A stretch of 64,000 nt of DNA from Chiloscyllium plagiosum. Taxonomy: Eukaryota. The stretch spans positions 95,051,515-95,115,514 of the forward strand of contig NC_057719.1 of NCBI RefSeq assembly GCF_004010195.1, in the 5' to 3' direction. The notes below the pieces were generated by a model that had not been told where the DNA came from, made no database searches, and saw only the letters and a program-made list of their open reading frames with translations. The translations under genes were made by a program, and so were the position numbers. Below are positions 63,099 through 64,000 of this stretch, in pieces (positions within the stretch are counted from its first letter, which is position 1; each line of letters opens with the position of its first letter).

Positions 63099-64000
63099 AG
63101 TATATCCTTTAGGTCCTGGGGCTACGCTGGAAGGATTAGCTGTAATGGTCAGACTTCTCAGTGTGTCCTGAAGATATTTTGGTTTCCTGAAGGAAGATAA
63201 ACCCTCTCCTCCTGAGCCATATGCAAGAACATTGGAGAGGGATCGTTGGTCTGTTGCCCCATTTTTGTCATTCCTTGCCTGTCTTCTATTCTTCTTAAAA
63301 CAAAATGATATCCCATGCTGCAGTCAGAATGCATCTCGTCTCTAAAAGGTGCAGTTTGGCTTTAAGTAGAATGGACTCACTTTACACGGTGTTAACCTCT
63401 CGCAAACTCAGGCCTCATGTTGATGCATACAACTACCCAACAACACGTTCAGCACCGGGCTGCTTGCCACAGTCATTAGTATGAGTGGGCAGCACTGAGT
63501 TTGCCAGCTGCCTGCCTCACTCTGAATAGTTGCAGGTTAATTGTACATTGTGATCCCTGCATCAGTTTCAGGAGTTATCCAATTTTGCCTCCTTTGTTTC
63601 TCATGGGAATCTGTTAAAAGCAGCTAGACGGGAGCAGTGCACTAGTTAAAATGAATCCAGATATTTTGATATTTAATAAGAATTCACTGTTCATGAGTTA
63701 GGTGATGTTATGTAATGGGTGAAACTTTGTGATTTGGTTGTGGTGAGAGGGTTTTTAATGATGTGAAAGGGTGGCAAGTGAAGACCACACTGCCTTCACC
63801 TTTGGATAACTTTGGTACCCTCATTGGGGCATGGAAGTGACCAATTGATACCTTTGAAAGGTTTCATCTTGTGCAAGTGGAATTAGCCCAATTGGTGACA
63901 GAGCATTCAACATGTGGGATCATGAGAAACAGTGGGTCTTTATTGGCTCAGGGTACGTGATGGGTCCATCTTTCAAAGGAACCCAGTGAGTAATCACAGG

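Overview
Eukaryotic (vertebrate) genomic DNA, most likely a shark or other elasmobranch judging by the HE1-type V-SINEs and the CR1, Penelope and Rex1 repertoire. It contains three N-gaps. The only host coding sequence I can support is one 152-bp minus-strand exon (58329-58480) encoding the first zinc finger of a 3-ketosteroid nuclear receptor (P-box GSCKV), most likely the progesterone receptor. I found no second zinc-finger exon, so the window appears to be almost entirely intron. The rest is a dense, nested mosaic of CR1 and L2-like LINE fragments, HE1 SINEs, Rex1/Babar, a Tx1-like cluster, Harbinger transposase remnants, Tigger-like MITEs, two minisatellites and many Penelope-like elements (PLEs). 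The most notable hidden signal is that the PLE termini carry minimal type-I hammerhead ribozyme motifs of three sequence families. Several also occur as 130-290 bp non-coding, TSD-flanked, often palindromic mini-elements, and some intact ribozyme cores are in the sense orientation of the receptor pre-mRNA. Repeat boundaries were read by eye and are approximate unless a TSD is given.
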